Of a stretch of 64,000 bases of DNA, positions 27,012 to 42,283 are shown piece after piece; the first letter of the stretch is position 1; each line of letters opens with the position of its first letter. The position numbers and the translations under genes were made by a program. Under the pieces are notes generated by a model that was not told where the DNA came from, did not search any database, and saw only the letters and a program-made list of their open reading frames with translations. Source of the stretch: Ramazzottius varieornatus (Eukaryota; Animalia; Tardigrada); NCBI GenBank assembly GCA_001949185.1, contig BDGG01000003.1, forward strand, positions 4,318,411 to 4,382,410. Reading direction: 5' to 3'.

Positions 27012-27881
27012 TTCCGGTTCCAGGAGCGGAGGCTTGGTCGCAATCTACAACAAGAAAAAGTTTTTGCTAGTATTTCACCAGTAAAGGTTTAGCGTTTCTG
27101 CTTGGGGAAATTCGACTGACCACTTTCAGTGACTTGCCGCTTCAAGTGACTGATCAACAGTAACAGCTGGTTCTGCTTCTGTGGAAAGTCTTCTCAGCTT
27201 CTGCTTCATTCGTTCGGCTCACAGATATGACCGTATGTACAGCCGGTTCTGCAAATCGCGTTTCTCGATACAGCGAGCACGTTAGAAGGTCAGTGACTGG
27301 ATAGAATGACTGCGTTCTCGACTCGATTGTTACGCAAGGCTAATCGAGCTCCTTCACCTGCACACCATAAAGACTTCTCAAATTAGTGTCTTGAATGTTT
27401 ACGCACTGAAAAATGAGTCCGCCGCAGCGTCAAAAACTCAGCATGACGGGTCTTCAGAATATCTGCGCAGGAAACCGCGAGTGAAATGGCTGAAACAACA
27501 TTCAGGACGCCGGCAATGACTTGGACAAGATCGTTTTCCAAAGTGGCGCACACCGCCTGCTGATAAAAATAATGCCGTGGTTGCGAATGTGGAACCTAGG
27601 CAATCAAATTTGAAGTGGCGCACGTTTTCAACCCGTGCGCCACTTGAGATAACGATCATCTGCGGTTCTTCTTGACGGCCTCCCATTTCGACTCGATGAA
27701 GACACAGTTTTCGAGATCTTAAGAAACGTTAATTTACAAGTAACATGGGAAAACAGCTAGTCAGTTGTACATGAAGGCGAGATCAATGAAATCAACATTC
27801 GGTTTTCATGAAAGCTGAAGGATAAAAACAAGCAAAAGGTTTAATCTGGAGGACGCAAAACGAAAATGCATACCGAAGTGA

Positions 27882-29824
27882 TCATTCAGCATCGGGATGG
27901 TCAAGGTCGATCGCCATTATTTCCGAACTGATCTTGCTCAGCTGCTCTTGGTACTGCTTGTTCGTCGCTGCTAGTTCGTCCATCTTCGTCTTCAGCTGGA
28001 GTAATTCTTGGTGATGCTGAGACTGAAGTTCTTGCTGGCGAACCTTCACTTTCGCCAGGTACTTATCGGCTTCTTTTAGTCTCTTCTTATAGCCTTCCAT
28101 CTCATCAGCTACTGCGTCGAGCTTACTCTCCACCGCCTTCCTTTCCTGTTGCTTCTTCTGTTCAAACTCTTGTTGAAATTCATCCATCTTCTCATAAGCT
28201 CGATCTTTTTCTTTAACCAACTTCTCCATATCTTTCTGGTACTTCCCAGTCCGCCACGTCTTTTCTTCGAGCTCGGACTTTACGTCCCTCAGTTCCCTCA
28301 CGAGTCCAGCCCGCGCAGCTTCAGTAGCTTCCAACTCCTGCTTCAGTTCACGTTCTCGAAGTGCCTGTTTCGAGTCAGTTCCGTTGGTCAACTGCGCAGA
28401 GGAAATCTGTCTTATTTCTTCGTTCTTTTCTGCCAAAATTCGGTTCATTTCCTGGTCTTTTTCGTTTAGTTTACTATTTAACTTCTCAATTTCGTTCTCT
28501 TTATTCCTGTTTCTCGAAAGTTCAGACTCCAAATCCATGATCTTCCGAAGAAGTGCTCGTTCGGTAGATGGTTGTATTTCCCGGGCGCTCTTCTGCTCAT
28601 TCAACAGTTCTTCGTTCTCTTTCTGGAGTCTCGTTACCCGCTGCAATGCTTGTGCGAGCTTGGCATTGACTATCTGACTCTGGGCTGCTTCCTTCTGACG
28701 ACCACTTCTCGCTTCGTCGGACCGACTTGCGAGTTCTTCCAGGTCCCGCTGGAGCGCGACGATCTGGACATCTTTTGCATGGAGGGACTGCTCCATCTTG
28801 GCGATCTTGGAGGTAAAGTCCTGTTCTTGGTTCGCTTTGATAAAGTCCAGTTCTTTATATGCTTCCATTACCTTCTTCAGGTGGACGATCAACGTCTCGT
28901 TCACTTCTTGTAGTTTCTGCATGTTCTCCATTAGTCGAGCATTACCTAAGAAAACAAACACAGCATGAAAGCTCTGCGCCTCTTCTATACGTATGTTAAT
29001 ACTGATTCGCCGTAATCGTTGACTTGATAGTAATATAATTATAACGAACCGCTAACACTGGACTTGCTATCTGGGCGTTTTCTTTCCACGCTATGATCTT
29101 CCTGTTTTCTTCCCGGAAACGCTCGAGCTCCAATAGTCCGAACGGAACTTTTCGCACTGGGCGGTCTTGACCGAAAGGATTCGCTTTCCTCGGTAACATC
29201 GGAAAGTGCGCCGGTTGTCGCCGACTGTGCCGAAGAGATACGACTACCACGAACCAATGGACGAGTATAACCGTTAGACACACTCGAATTCTTTCTTGTA
29301 AAGTTATCCAGACGACCAACGGAGGTCTCCCCTCTAGAAGTATTCTCCACATGGTCAAACCTATCCAAACCCAGCTGCGAACTAAGTTGTTCGACCTGCG
29401 TGGCTAACGTCTGCGCACTCTTCCGGAATCCGTTAATCACCGGCGTGTTCACAACCGACGATTTGGACGGGATATGCCTTCGACCATCGATCGCTCGACT
29501 GTCGCTCGGTGATGATCCACTCCGTGGTCGACTGACAGCGATGGACTTCCTTATGTGAAGTGTTTGCGGCAACTCTGTTCGGACTCCTTCCAGAACAAAT
29601 TCCGAACTAACTGCTGTTCTTGAGGTTGGGTCACCGGTCGATCCGCTGTACTCTCCGCGGATACGATTCGCTCTGTCTTCTGTACAGACAGAAAGGATAT
29701 CAACTTACGACAATGACGACACATCCTGATAGGTACCTTTGTACTTTACATATGCCCGGATCATCTCCAGAGACGAAGCATCCTGGACGTGGTGGCTGAG
29801 AGATCCAGAGCCTGGCTTCGCCAT
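27882..29824 (-). CDS. Uncharacterized coiled-coil protein with a Ser/Arg-rich N-terminus
   Basis: A 359-aa E/K/Q-rich heptad ORF (27882-28961) is preceded by a low-complexity exon (~29045-29680). The start codon is uncertain. Confidence 0.7.
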
Positions 29825-30246
29825 CTTCGATCGCTCCGTCGACGGCACTCCGCTTACAGCAGCGAGGGGCAGATCAGACGAACAAGCGCTGGAAATGGCC
29901 AGAATGGTTCTTGGACGCTTTCTAGAGTCTGGAAGAACTTCCGGACGACTGCATAAACGGAAGACCGGACTAACGGAGAACGATTTTCACTCCCGGTCCG
30001 TCAATTTTATGGAGCGTCAATATGCAGATTGCGTAAAGACGTCATGTAACAGCAGGCAGTGTGGCTCAATATCGCAATGTCTATGTTGCCGAAATGTTCC
30101 GGTTTCTAGCACTGGCAAAAATACGATAAAATTCGATACGATATTTTCACCTGTGTGATTGTGTCCTTGTACGAAGCCGAGAGGCGAAATCCGGAGTACA
30201 GTCCTGTTGCGGTACCACCAGAGAGTTCGACTGGACGGTCGGCAGG

Positions 30247-33200
30247 ATGTTAGGACAGTACGAACCGTTCATCTACTTCGACAAGTTCTCCATCATCTCT
30301 AACAGCAACGTGATTCCCTCCTTGGCGGACTTTGGAGTTAGCAGAAAGCTGATACAGAAATGCGCCAATGGAACCGACCCTACGCGTAATCTGTGGTTTA
30401 CTAGCATATTTGACTGCTTACAGATACCTTACCTTCTTGTATGTTGCAGTTCCGTCCGTCTCGAAGCTGATCGATTTGACTCTTCGCCAAAACTTGGACA
30501 ACCCTCAAGAAGTGTACCAGCGTCTTCCAAGATGCTCCCGCGTTGACGTGGACGAACGGTTGTTCCTGACGACAAGGCGAGTGCGAGCAGCCAAGACGGT
30601 GACGCTGATGTTAGCCAGCGCGATCAAGTGGGATTTGGAAAAGCTAGAGAGCGAGATGGCCATCACCATGCAGTTCTGCCTCGTCCAAGACTTCATGAAC
30701 AAGACCTTCTCCACCACGAAATACTGCAGCTCTGTCTCCGATCCACAAAACATCAGCGAGCGTTTTCTCTCCAGTTTCACTTACGAAATACTGAATAACC
30801 TCCAAGACGAGTGCGTCTTTGGGTTGTCCGTCTACGCTAGGTGGATACTCCGCGCTCATATTCAGCGAAAGCTCCCGAAGAAATCCACGAAAGGACCTCC
30901 AATACATAACATTGGAAGTGTGACAGACCCTGACGTGCTGCAGGGACTTGACCAGCAGCAACATGGGTCGTCTCTCATTTGGGCGCTTTTCAGGCAGATC
31001 AGTCGGGATAAAGTGGCGCAGACAGCGATAACACTGCTGAATGACATCGAGAAGTTGGACCGTAAAGAAATGATGGTGCCGACAGCCGACTGCTTTGTCA
31101 TCACTTCAAACGAAACAGTCTCGCCGAATGAACATAGAAACACGTGGGAGGTTGTCGAAGATGATTGGTCGAAGGGAGTCATTGTGGACTTTCTGGAATA
31201 TCGGACCCAGGTTGGTTAAACTCGACTTTCGGTTGCGCGTATGGAACCTGAGCAGACAAATCTGACGTGGCGCGCGTTTTCAGTCTATAGCGCTGGACAC
31301 TTGGCATACGAACAAACTCGACCATGTGACGCACGCTTTTAGCTAATAACACCGGAAATGTGCGCCACTTGGGAAACAATTCTTGTCGAGTTTCTTTGCC
31401 GAGCTCCGACATTTTGTTGATGTATGTTTCAATACTTCACCTTTTTCTGTTTCAGATTTTGTGTGACGTAGCAGGTTACTTTCTCTTCGAAGGGAAGATC
31501 GCCGAAGCTGCCGACTATCTTCAGCGCGCCACGGTGTTACTCTCACAAAAGCCAGTTAGTTCTTTCCAGTACTGTAATCTGACCGTGGACGTGATCGACA
31601 AGATGTGCCGTGTAGTCAATGTTCCTTCGCCCTTTCCCCCAGTTTCTTCTTCCCTTACGTTCGTGCCCGATTTGACGCCTTCGATGAAGTCCAAGCACAT
31701 CGAAGCCCTGTTGGAAGATCTACCTTCCGGAAAAATCTCCTCCACAGCTAGGTACACTCTCGAGAACGAAATTCAGTCCTCTTCTGACTCGAGCGAAAGA
31801 ACCTTCCTAACCAAGGTTCGCTTCTGCAATCTTTTACGAGATTACGTCGCTGGTACTTCGTGTCCGTCTTTCATGGAACTAAGGAAGTTGCTGAACGAAG
31901 CAACCAGTGCCGAACTGGAATGGCTGAGAGGGATCCTAAATGGGTACAGAATCAGTAAAGAGCTGAAATTGACCGTCTGTGCGAAGCTGAAGTTCCTCGC
32001 AGACAGAGACTTGGTTTCGAACATTGCCAAGACAAAACTAGCAGACACTATAAATTTCACTCCGCCTCATAATAGTTCACAGACGCAGGAAGAACCAACT
32101 GATGTGGAAATGACAGACGTGAAAGACATTAAGGAAGAAATTACACCAGCAGATAAAAACAGAGTTTTGGCCGCGCTGAATTCCGCAGTCTCATTCAGAC
32201 AGATTCATACAGCAGTCGAAGCTATTCCGAATATTTCTCCAACTGTGACACTGAAAGAAATGGAGTCGGAATATCTCAAGAATATCCCCCCAACTTTAGA
32301 GAGTTCGTACAACAAAGCTCTATGGAATCAGACAATGACGGACCTCGTTATAGTCTCCTTCGCGAAAGCGGCGAAGTTTGCTGAAAGTTTCCATTTCCGC
32401 GCAGCGCGGCAGATTTTGAAAGATATTCGCGCCCAGTGGCAGACCTTCCCGAAGTTGGACGCCAAGATCGAGAAGAAGTTGGAGAAGAACTGGAAGTGGC
32501 AGTCGTTGTATGCTGACTTGTGGGAAAGCCAACACCATCTCTCGTTGAGATCCTGTACGAAAGAAATGAAGGCGGAAGCCAATCGACGAGCCATGGTCTG
32601 CTCGAAAGCGCTGATGTTCAAAGCGCCCGACGACGAACCAGTTCCGTCTTATGTTTTGGATTTGGCGGTTTTGATCCTGTTCAACCTGGAGGAGTGGGAT
32701 TACATTAACGAACCCACCTTCGCATCCAACTTCGTAAGCTGAGGTCGAATCGGATGACAAAATCTCTGAACTGATAATACTACTTTGCAGAAGTAAAAAT
32801 TGCTTGTGTTCAATAAGCTTGGGAAAAATTATAAATCGAAGATGAAACTTCAACAAACAAACTTGACCAGATCGGCTTTCCAAGTGGCGTACGCGTTCAA
32901 CCAAGAACAGTGAGAATGTGCGCGACTTGAGGAAAACAATCTGCACAGTTCGTTTGCCACACTTCCAAACATGCTCAAGATTAGTTTTTTGTGGATCTAG
33001 ATTAATTACAGAATTTCAAAGATAGATTCGGTAGTCACTTTTCATAATTTCAGGATCAGCGGAAGAAGATCGGTACGCTTCCGCTCGTTTTCCCCCTGTT
33101 GAAACAGCTCATCCAGGCTTGCAGAGAGTTCACATCCCAGCGCGAGGACCTGATCTCCATGTCGAAAGGCGAAAGACCTCGTCAGCCAAAGCTGAACTAC

Positions 33201-34240
33201 CAACACTGCCTGAAACTATGGAACATGATAGCGTCGGTGTTGTCGAAAGCAGATCCTCTCCCGCCATCGAAGAAACCCGGAAGCTCGACCTCCATCTTCT
33301 CCGTGGATGGGAAAGCCTTCTGGTCTGTCATGAGGCTGATTCAACATCGGAACGTGCTTTACTTGGTTCTGAGCTGTGTATGTCGCATGTGGTCTCTGAC
33401 CAACAAAGGCCCGACCACGTTGGCGATGTCGGCAGATCCGCTCTGGCCGAGCACACTTCCTTTGCAGTCACCAGTTAGCGCGGGTGATATAAAAGAGGCT
33501 GTCGAATCTGTGATGGAGATTTCGTATGCAGCTGGCGTAGACGATCCGGAAGCTTCCGTTGTGAAAGGTAAAAGACACACCACACTCTGAAAACTTGAAA
33601 TTGCAAGCTGAATTGGAGCTCAGCTTCCTTTGTTATTGACTGGAAGCGTGCGTCACTTGGAAAAGCGATCTTGCCGAGTTTGTTTGCCGGGCTTTCAAAT
33701 GGTAGAAATGTTAGGCGTGAGGATTCGAAAGTTTTCGAAAAGTTTTCGGTGTGTTTAGGTAACTTCTACTTCGCCAGTGGAAGGTACGAAGAAGCCATGA
33801 AGATGTTTCTCCTCAGTGTCGTGCCCGACAGTCTTCCGGGTTTCATCCATCCTCCCACGGGTCCTTCGCTGAGCCAAGCAGTACTCAGAAAGATGGCAAG
33901 TACGTTGGAAGCCATGAAGTGCTTCACCTATCTGGCTGTTCTGTGCCAGATGATGCAACCTGTAGATTATGAAACGGCATTCCGAGCTGTCAGCGAGAAG
34001 GTGACATACGATTCTGCGGATGCTGCCTATCAGTTCATCTGGGATCCCTTGATCCTCGAACACACAGCCTATGTTATGCAGAAAGCGGGGTTTTTGGAGA
34101 AGCGACAGGTCGTGTTGGATGTGTTACAAGATCCTTTACTGACGGGAGCGAACCCACCTGCAGTTGGCGAAAGAATAGCGGCCGAACGATCTGCAGAGTT
34201 CTTTGAAGTTTTGTTCACTCAATATGTACTGGGAAACTGA
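30247..34240 (+). CDS. INTS8: Integrator complex subunit 8
   Basis: LMLASAIKWDLEKLE, VYARWILRAHIQ, LCDVAGYFLFEGK, and C-terminal CFTYLAVLCQMMQPVDYETAFRAV...YQFIWDPLILEH match conserved INTS8 blocks. Confidence 0.88.
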
Positions 34241-35626
34241 CACTGTGATCGTCTTTCTTCTCACTCTATCATTTTTGTAGAGTCCCTCTGCCTCTTGCTG
34301 GCAGTTTACTTATCCAGATGCACTGTCCGAAAATGAATTATTGCGAAGTTCGACGATCACGAGGAACTTGAGAGTTGAGGTCTCACTTTGTGACAGCTTT
34401 CGTAACATTCATACAAAGATGAGTCGCACACTGTTTTGAGTGTTTTCTAAACAATTAAAGGTTACCGCCGATAGAGACGGCTTGAGAAGGAACTTCAGCT
34501 TCCGAGTGCTACACCACCGAAGGTGGCACTGTTTCGCTTCCTGCTGGTTTCTCCTCTCGGCCGACGCGGTTACGGTCACCCAACACAGTGGCAGCTGTTA
34601 TCAGCTCGCTGTTCGTTCATCTCGTTCGCCCAAGGAAGTAAACAAAGCGTGGCCGATCGATAACCGGATGTAACTGGGTCGGGTTTTCGGTTCTGTGTCG
34701 CCACATCTTTGCACAGACTTTCAGGCTTTCTCGCACCAGGTGTTCTGCAAACCTCGAAGATCTCGATATCATGTGCCTGGTTCGGGCCAAGTCCTATATC
34801 TTAGGAATTTGATGTCAATCTTCGCTGTCGTTCTTGATCCTTTGGAAGAATGTTGGCGGAAGACAACCCGAGCCGAACCATCCGGACGCTTGCACCTAAC
34901 CAAGCTTGCAAGTGAACCGAATGAACAATTGGCGAGCAGTGTCGGGCTGGAGTGCCCGAAATGGATCATAAACGGCTTGCTGGTGCAGGTTTGACTCACC
35001 ATTGCACGTGCCAGAATTTGGCAAACCGTTTGTTCTTACTTTTATGCACTCTTGCCCTTCCGCGCAGCATGGCTGGTTTAACCGTTTTAGGGCTGCACCG
35101 TGCAATTGAATGCGCAACCGTGATGTCACTCATGTCGGTGGTTGCCTTGGGCTTGATTTTTCTCGCGCGTACCGATCTATTCTTCGTCGTTTGGCTTCGT
35201 GGAAGAACCCTCTGGATCATGCAGATTCCGTAGTGCGGCTCCAAGAACCAAGGAAAATCTGCAGGACCAGCGGTTTGGCGGGCGGATGTGCGTTTGCTCT
35301 GTTGTACGTCATTACAGCTGATTCCCGATCTCACCTTACCAACCAAGACACTTTGAACGATCCGTTTGTGCAGAATACCGCTTTGGTAAGTCAACCTAAC
35401 TTCATGCTTGCTTCTGTATGGGTTTTAGAACCCAAAAGTGTCGTAGAAGTACGAGGAGCCTCGTTTTCGGGTTTACAGCCCGTTTGTTCTTGTTGATGAC
35501 GTTGATGCAATATTCGAAATAACTAGAGTGGGTCTCATGGCCAATCAAGTAATCAATCCAGCTTTGCCCGCTTTGCTTCTTTGTGTTTTGTTTGATTGGT
35601 TTAGCTTCACAGATTACCAACACAGA

Positions 35627-38600
35627 ATGATGGGTCCGCTGGAGGCTGAACCGTCCACTCCTACGAGGGAACTTCGCAAGAGGAAACTGCCTTCTTCCGA
35701 AGTCAAGTCTGCTCCACCAGGGAAGGTAATAAAACTCTCTGCAGGAGATTCGGCAATACTTTTGAAGGAAAAAGAGCGGCTGATCAAGCGTCGTGAAAGC
35801 AACCAAAAGTCCCGAGCAAAGAAACTGGCCTCTGCAAAGATCGCATCGTCTTCCCTCATACCGACTGGGACAAAGACTCCCAAGTTTAGCTTGGACAAAG
35901 GTTCGTCCAAGAAGTTTGAGCTGAAGAAGAAACCCAAGGAGGAAGACGCACAGAACCTCATTTCCGTTAACTTCATTCCCGTCGAAGAAGCTGTCACGAA
36001 TGGGACTACGCCTGGAAAGCTGACCAAACCGACGTTCATCGTCCAAATGGTAACTGGAAACTCAGCGAACGCGTCGACATCGGGACCTACAGCTCATGCT
36101 GTCTTTCCCTTCAACGGGGGTACTTCGTCAGGTCCCACCAAGTGCATTTTCCGATTGACGCCACCAGTTGTAACCAAAGCTACGCAGGATGTCAGAGTGA
36201 CCAAACCAAAGTCGTTCACGCTCAACCGGCTTACTCCCAATGCCAATGGCGAGAAAGTAATCTTCATGCCACCAATTACAGTATGCCCTACTTTGTCCGG
36301 AACGTTTTCAGTTCCCTATTCCGACAGTGGTTCTTTTCTGATAGCCAGCGGTCCATGATGCTTTACCGGACGTTCCCTCACCGTCGAACAACGGTAACCT
36401 AGCCACCACTACCAGCTCGAGCAAACCGTCAATTTCTCAGAAGCTGAAGACGCTGAAACCCCAGGCGGTGGTTATGGCACCAAACTGGACGGAAATTCCT
36501 CGGAAAACAACCGGCTCAACATCGGTAAGTCAAAATGACGCTAAAATACGACGTTGCTGTAAGGAATCGTTAAGTGTCATGTGCTGACTTGTCTGCGTTT
36601 CAGCCGGTAGTCGTCGTGAAGCAGAAGAAGTCTCGAAATGGAACTGCAGCGGCGGAGGTTGGTTCCAGTGTAGTCATGCCGGGGAGCGGAAGTTCTTCGA
36701 AACTGATAGTACTGCCCAGCCCGGAAGTTATCCCGCTAGTTACGATGTGAGAACCGTCCTATTCAGATTAAACTTTGTCGTTTTTCACACGTCGAAAGTT
36801 CAGCGTTGAATATTTATTCCTTACAGGGCTCCGACTGACACGGAATGGACGGACATAGTTCGCGCTTACGAAGCTGCTGGTTTGAATGCTCGATGTTCCA
36901 AAGAGAAAGAAAAGAAGATTATCAAAGATCTCGAGAACTGTCGGCTGGTTAGTTTGATGAGTTTCGTGATTTTTCAGCATGGACTTCGATCAATCTTTTT
37001 TGTACCTTTTTAGACGTGTGAGGACCAACAAGTGTTGTGGAAGGCGTTACCCAGTACAGTTCCGCTGGAAGTTCATGGCCTTCTTCCAGCAAAGATCGGA
37101 GATCTACTAAGCATCGGGCGGTTTATAGAAATACTTCAGTACTTGAACAGAAATACGCGCGCAAAAAGAAGAGCCATGAATCTGGGTAAGAAATATTAAA
37201 TGAGACATGGACAATAAGCTCAACAAAATCGTTTCTTCAAGTGGCGCAGGCTTTCAACCAGTAACGATGAAATCATGCGTCACTTGGGGGAACGATTTTG
37301 TCGAATTTGCTTGCCGAACTACCGAGTGCGGTATCGGTATTGGTCCTGCAATTCTGTAAAAAATATTCCATGTCTAAATCATTTCCCGCTTTAGATTTTA
37401 TCGTGTCGGCTGTAAGCAGTTCGGCGTTGGGCGACACGGGAGCCTACCTGTGCTTGCTGTACTGGCTGGTGTGGGCCTTCGATGAGCGGAAAGTGATTGG
37501 CCAAGGACTGAAGGTAATTTTCCATCTTGCCTAAACTACGAACGAACCTGATTCGATGGTCAACGCGATTAATTATTGCTCTCCTTGAAGATTCGGCAAG
37601 AACTCGGTGTAAGCATTCAGTCCATCGAAACCGATCACCTGCTGTCAGGCGAATCATTGCGGCAGTATCTTTTGACGTTGTGTGAATACAAGGCACCAGG
37701 ACCATTGGGCAACGTAAGTTTACCGTTCGTCGACGGGGTTCAATTTTGGCACCAGTTCTAACGACGATTAATCGTTTTGTAGCATTTCGAGCTGCTGCAG
37801 AAGCTTAAATACGTGGACTTGAGTGAGCTGACCGTAACGGAAAGAGTCGACGTTTTCACGTTTGCACACGGTTTGATCCTGAGGCACACGGATTTCTTCC
37901 AGTTTTGCATGAACAGACTGGATTGTGAGCATACTTCCGCAGTGTAAGTACTTAGAATAATACAGTAGTATAAGTTCGGTGAAAGCTCGGATCGGTATTT
38001 TCCCGAGCACATCATTATCTTTTGTTTTCAGTCACAGGCGGAAGTGCAGTCAAGAAGCATACTCCCAAGGTTTGGCCAAGCTAAAAGGTACGAAAACGTT
38101 GTCATTTCTTACTGGCAGTGGCGAATGACAACACTAAATGTATCTTGCAGGAGTAGAAGATCGCCTGCGTGTCTTTGAGGATGGAACAAAGACTAGCCGC
38201 AACGAAGACCGAGAAAAGTCGAAAATTCTCGGTGAGTTGCTTTCGTCGGCTTTTCATCGCTCCACGTGTTTGTGTAAACCTCCCATTGCTGTCATCGATC
38301 TGTCAATCTAAATATCGGTAATACTATCTGTTATAGAGGAGCAAAGAAACCTCACTAAAGATCTCGAGAGGTACAGACAGGATCGCAAGGACGCCGAAGA
38401 GGAAGCGCAGGTAGTTTAGCACAGCTGATTTCAAAATTCGCCGAAGCCTGTCAGAGTATGAAATTTTTCTGTTAGGAGCTGCTGAAGGTTATGAATATGG
38501 CCTGCCACTCTGACTGTCTGGGCTACGATCGTTCATTCAATCGCTACTGGTACTTTCCCGAGCTCTCCGACAACGTCTTCGTCGAAGCCGGTTGGTCTTC

Positions 38601-39525
38601 CTCCATGCAGTCTACCGTCGCGTCCTCCCCAGAGAAACCTTCGCCGAAGCTCCTCGGTAACTTTGTCTTGGCTACGCGTCCCGGTGAGCTGTGCTACCTG
38701 CACGACAACGGTAAGCACGGCAGATGTGATGGCAAGACGGCACCTCCGACCAACACTGACAACCGCTGGTCCAGTTACAAGCCCGAACAGTTCCAAGAAC
38801 TGTACGACTGTCTGAACCCTCTCGGCATGCGAGAGAGTCCGTTGAGGTTCAAACTGAAGGCACTCATAACACAACAATCATCCTTAGCCGATCGGCCAGT
38901 CAGACCTGCGCCGATCATCGCACACTCAGTATTAGACAGCTTAGGCGAATTGTTTGAGAAGATCACCATCGACTTGATCGAGAATCAGTTCTTGTCTAAA
39001 GCTCTGCCGGAAGGCTGGAATGACAAGTTTAATAGTAACAGTCTTCCGGAGATCAAAGAGTCCATGGTCAATGTCGTACAGTTGATACTTCCGGCGTTGG
39101 TCAAGTTTAGAGAGCCGTCGCTGGAAACGACCGAGTTGCTCTTCCTTGAGTCATGGACGAACGCCGTGACGGAAACGAATAACGTCTCGAGATTGTACTT
39201 TCTTTGTAAAGTCTTGGATATGTCCGTGCTGTGGCAGAGGGGGCTGCACAAAGAGAATTGTAGAGTTTGTGGGAAGAACAAGCGGAATAGAATGAAGAGG
39301 TGTGTTCAGTGCGCGTACATCTTCCACAACGAAGAGTGTATGGCGTTCACCAGCAGTCGCTGTCTGACGTGTTGTGGACTTGGCCAATCCTCCGTTGTCC
39401 AAGAAGGGTCATCGGCTGTTTCCTTACCGTTTGCGGATAAAAGAACTGCCACACCGTCCACGATATCCATAGACGAAAGAGAAACAGTTCAGCCAGTTTT
39501 TATTTCTGAGCAAATTGCTGAGTGA
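35627..39525 (+). CDS. Divergent ACF1/BAZ1-like chromatin-remodeller subunit, copy A (DDT, WHIM1, WSD, PHD-like; no bromodomain seen)
   Basis: DDT-like LLPAKIGDLLSIGRFIEIL; WHIM1 LSELTVTERVDVF; LGYDRSFNRYWYF; LNPLGMRESPL; SRLYFLCKVLDMSVLW followed by CxxC..CxxC..H..C..CxxC. About 11 exons; the 5' end is uncertain. Confidence 0.75.
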
Positions 39526-40010
39526 AAGTTACGATTGGTAGTTTTCTTCTGTTTGCTTTGAACTTTGAAACATCTTTATGTGTATTCCCTATCCGATCTC
39601 GTGGACTTTTTCTTCTGTTCTTTGCATGTTCGTCCGACCTCAGCGTACTTCAGGATTATGAGTTTTAATCCCATGGGATACCAAAATTTCTGCATAATTG
39701 GGACGTCGGTAAATGAGATCAGCCAGATCATTTTCCTAAGCGGCGCAGACTACCCGCTAGTAACAATAGGAATTTGCGTCACTTGAGATGACGATCGGGT
39801 TCAGTTTGAGTTTCTTTGCCCACGTTGCAATTACGATACTCGAATATGAAACAGACTTTCGACATCCAAAATAAAAGAATTGGACAGTAAAATGTAACAG
39901 GCGGTTGGAGCGATCAACGAAATACGAAGTGATCAAATAGAGAATGGCGGAACCGAAATGGATTACACTACTTCGATATTGTGACTAGACGAACAGTAAG
40001 AAAAAAATAG

Positions 40011-41484
<1,474 letters not shown>

Positions 41485-42283
41485 AGCTTACAAATCACGA
41501 AGATCTGGAGGAGGCTGCGTAATTATCAGAAAAATCTTCCGATCCCTACATCCGATAACCCTGTAATAAAGATTGCTTGGAAATGGGCATCAATCCATAA
41601 TCAAATGGACCATTCATCAGTAAACAATCAAGCACAATGGTCACGTACGTATGTCATAGACGTCATTGTCATAGTGTGTTATGTCATATCTGTATCACCG
41701 AGCAGCTGGCGTCGATTGATTGTTGCTCTTGATTGGCACCATGAACAGAACCAGATCAAAATCTTTGTTCGAACATTGGCGGCCTTCGTAACAACTAGAA
41801 CTTTGGGAGCAGCAGACTAGCCGCCATTTCTCTCATCTTTCTTTTTGCAGATCGGAAGCTGTCAACCTGTTACAATCCGCAGAGATCTAACGCTTTCGAT
41901 TTGAAGCATCAATGCAGAACTTCCAAGGAGGATTGTTATAACCCAACATAGCGGCCCACCTGCATCCGGAGCTTACAGTGAAAACACCCCACAAGACCCT
42001 GTCTTCGATTGATCCGTGTGTACTTCTGTAGCCTCCACAATCGAAGCCCAGCAACGATTCAGGGCTGCGAAGAAGGCTCAAGCTTTATCATTGGATCCAT
42101 CTACAGCGACTCACTGATTTCAGAGGTGAGGAATTGCTCGTTTAGTTGCCTCAAACATACTAAGCGAATTTTCGTTTTCTGCTTTGGTTGTTTCATATTG
42201 TTGTTTCCGCAATTTATAGTTGGGAAGGAGTGATCGTGATGCCATTATCCAGCCGTGCTGAAACGTATTCTCCAGCGATCGTG

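Noticed and set aside
34695-35496. Cluster of short overlapping ORFs upstream of BAZ-like copy A
   Set aside because: No recognisable domain or consistent splice model; the region may be 5' UTR or upstream exons, so it was not called.
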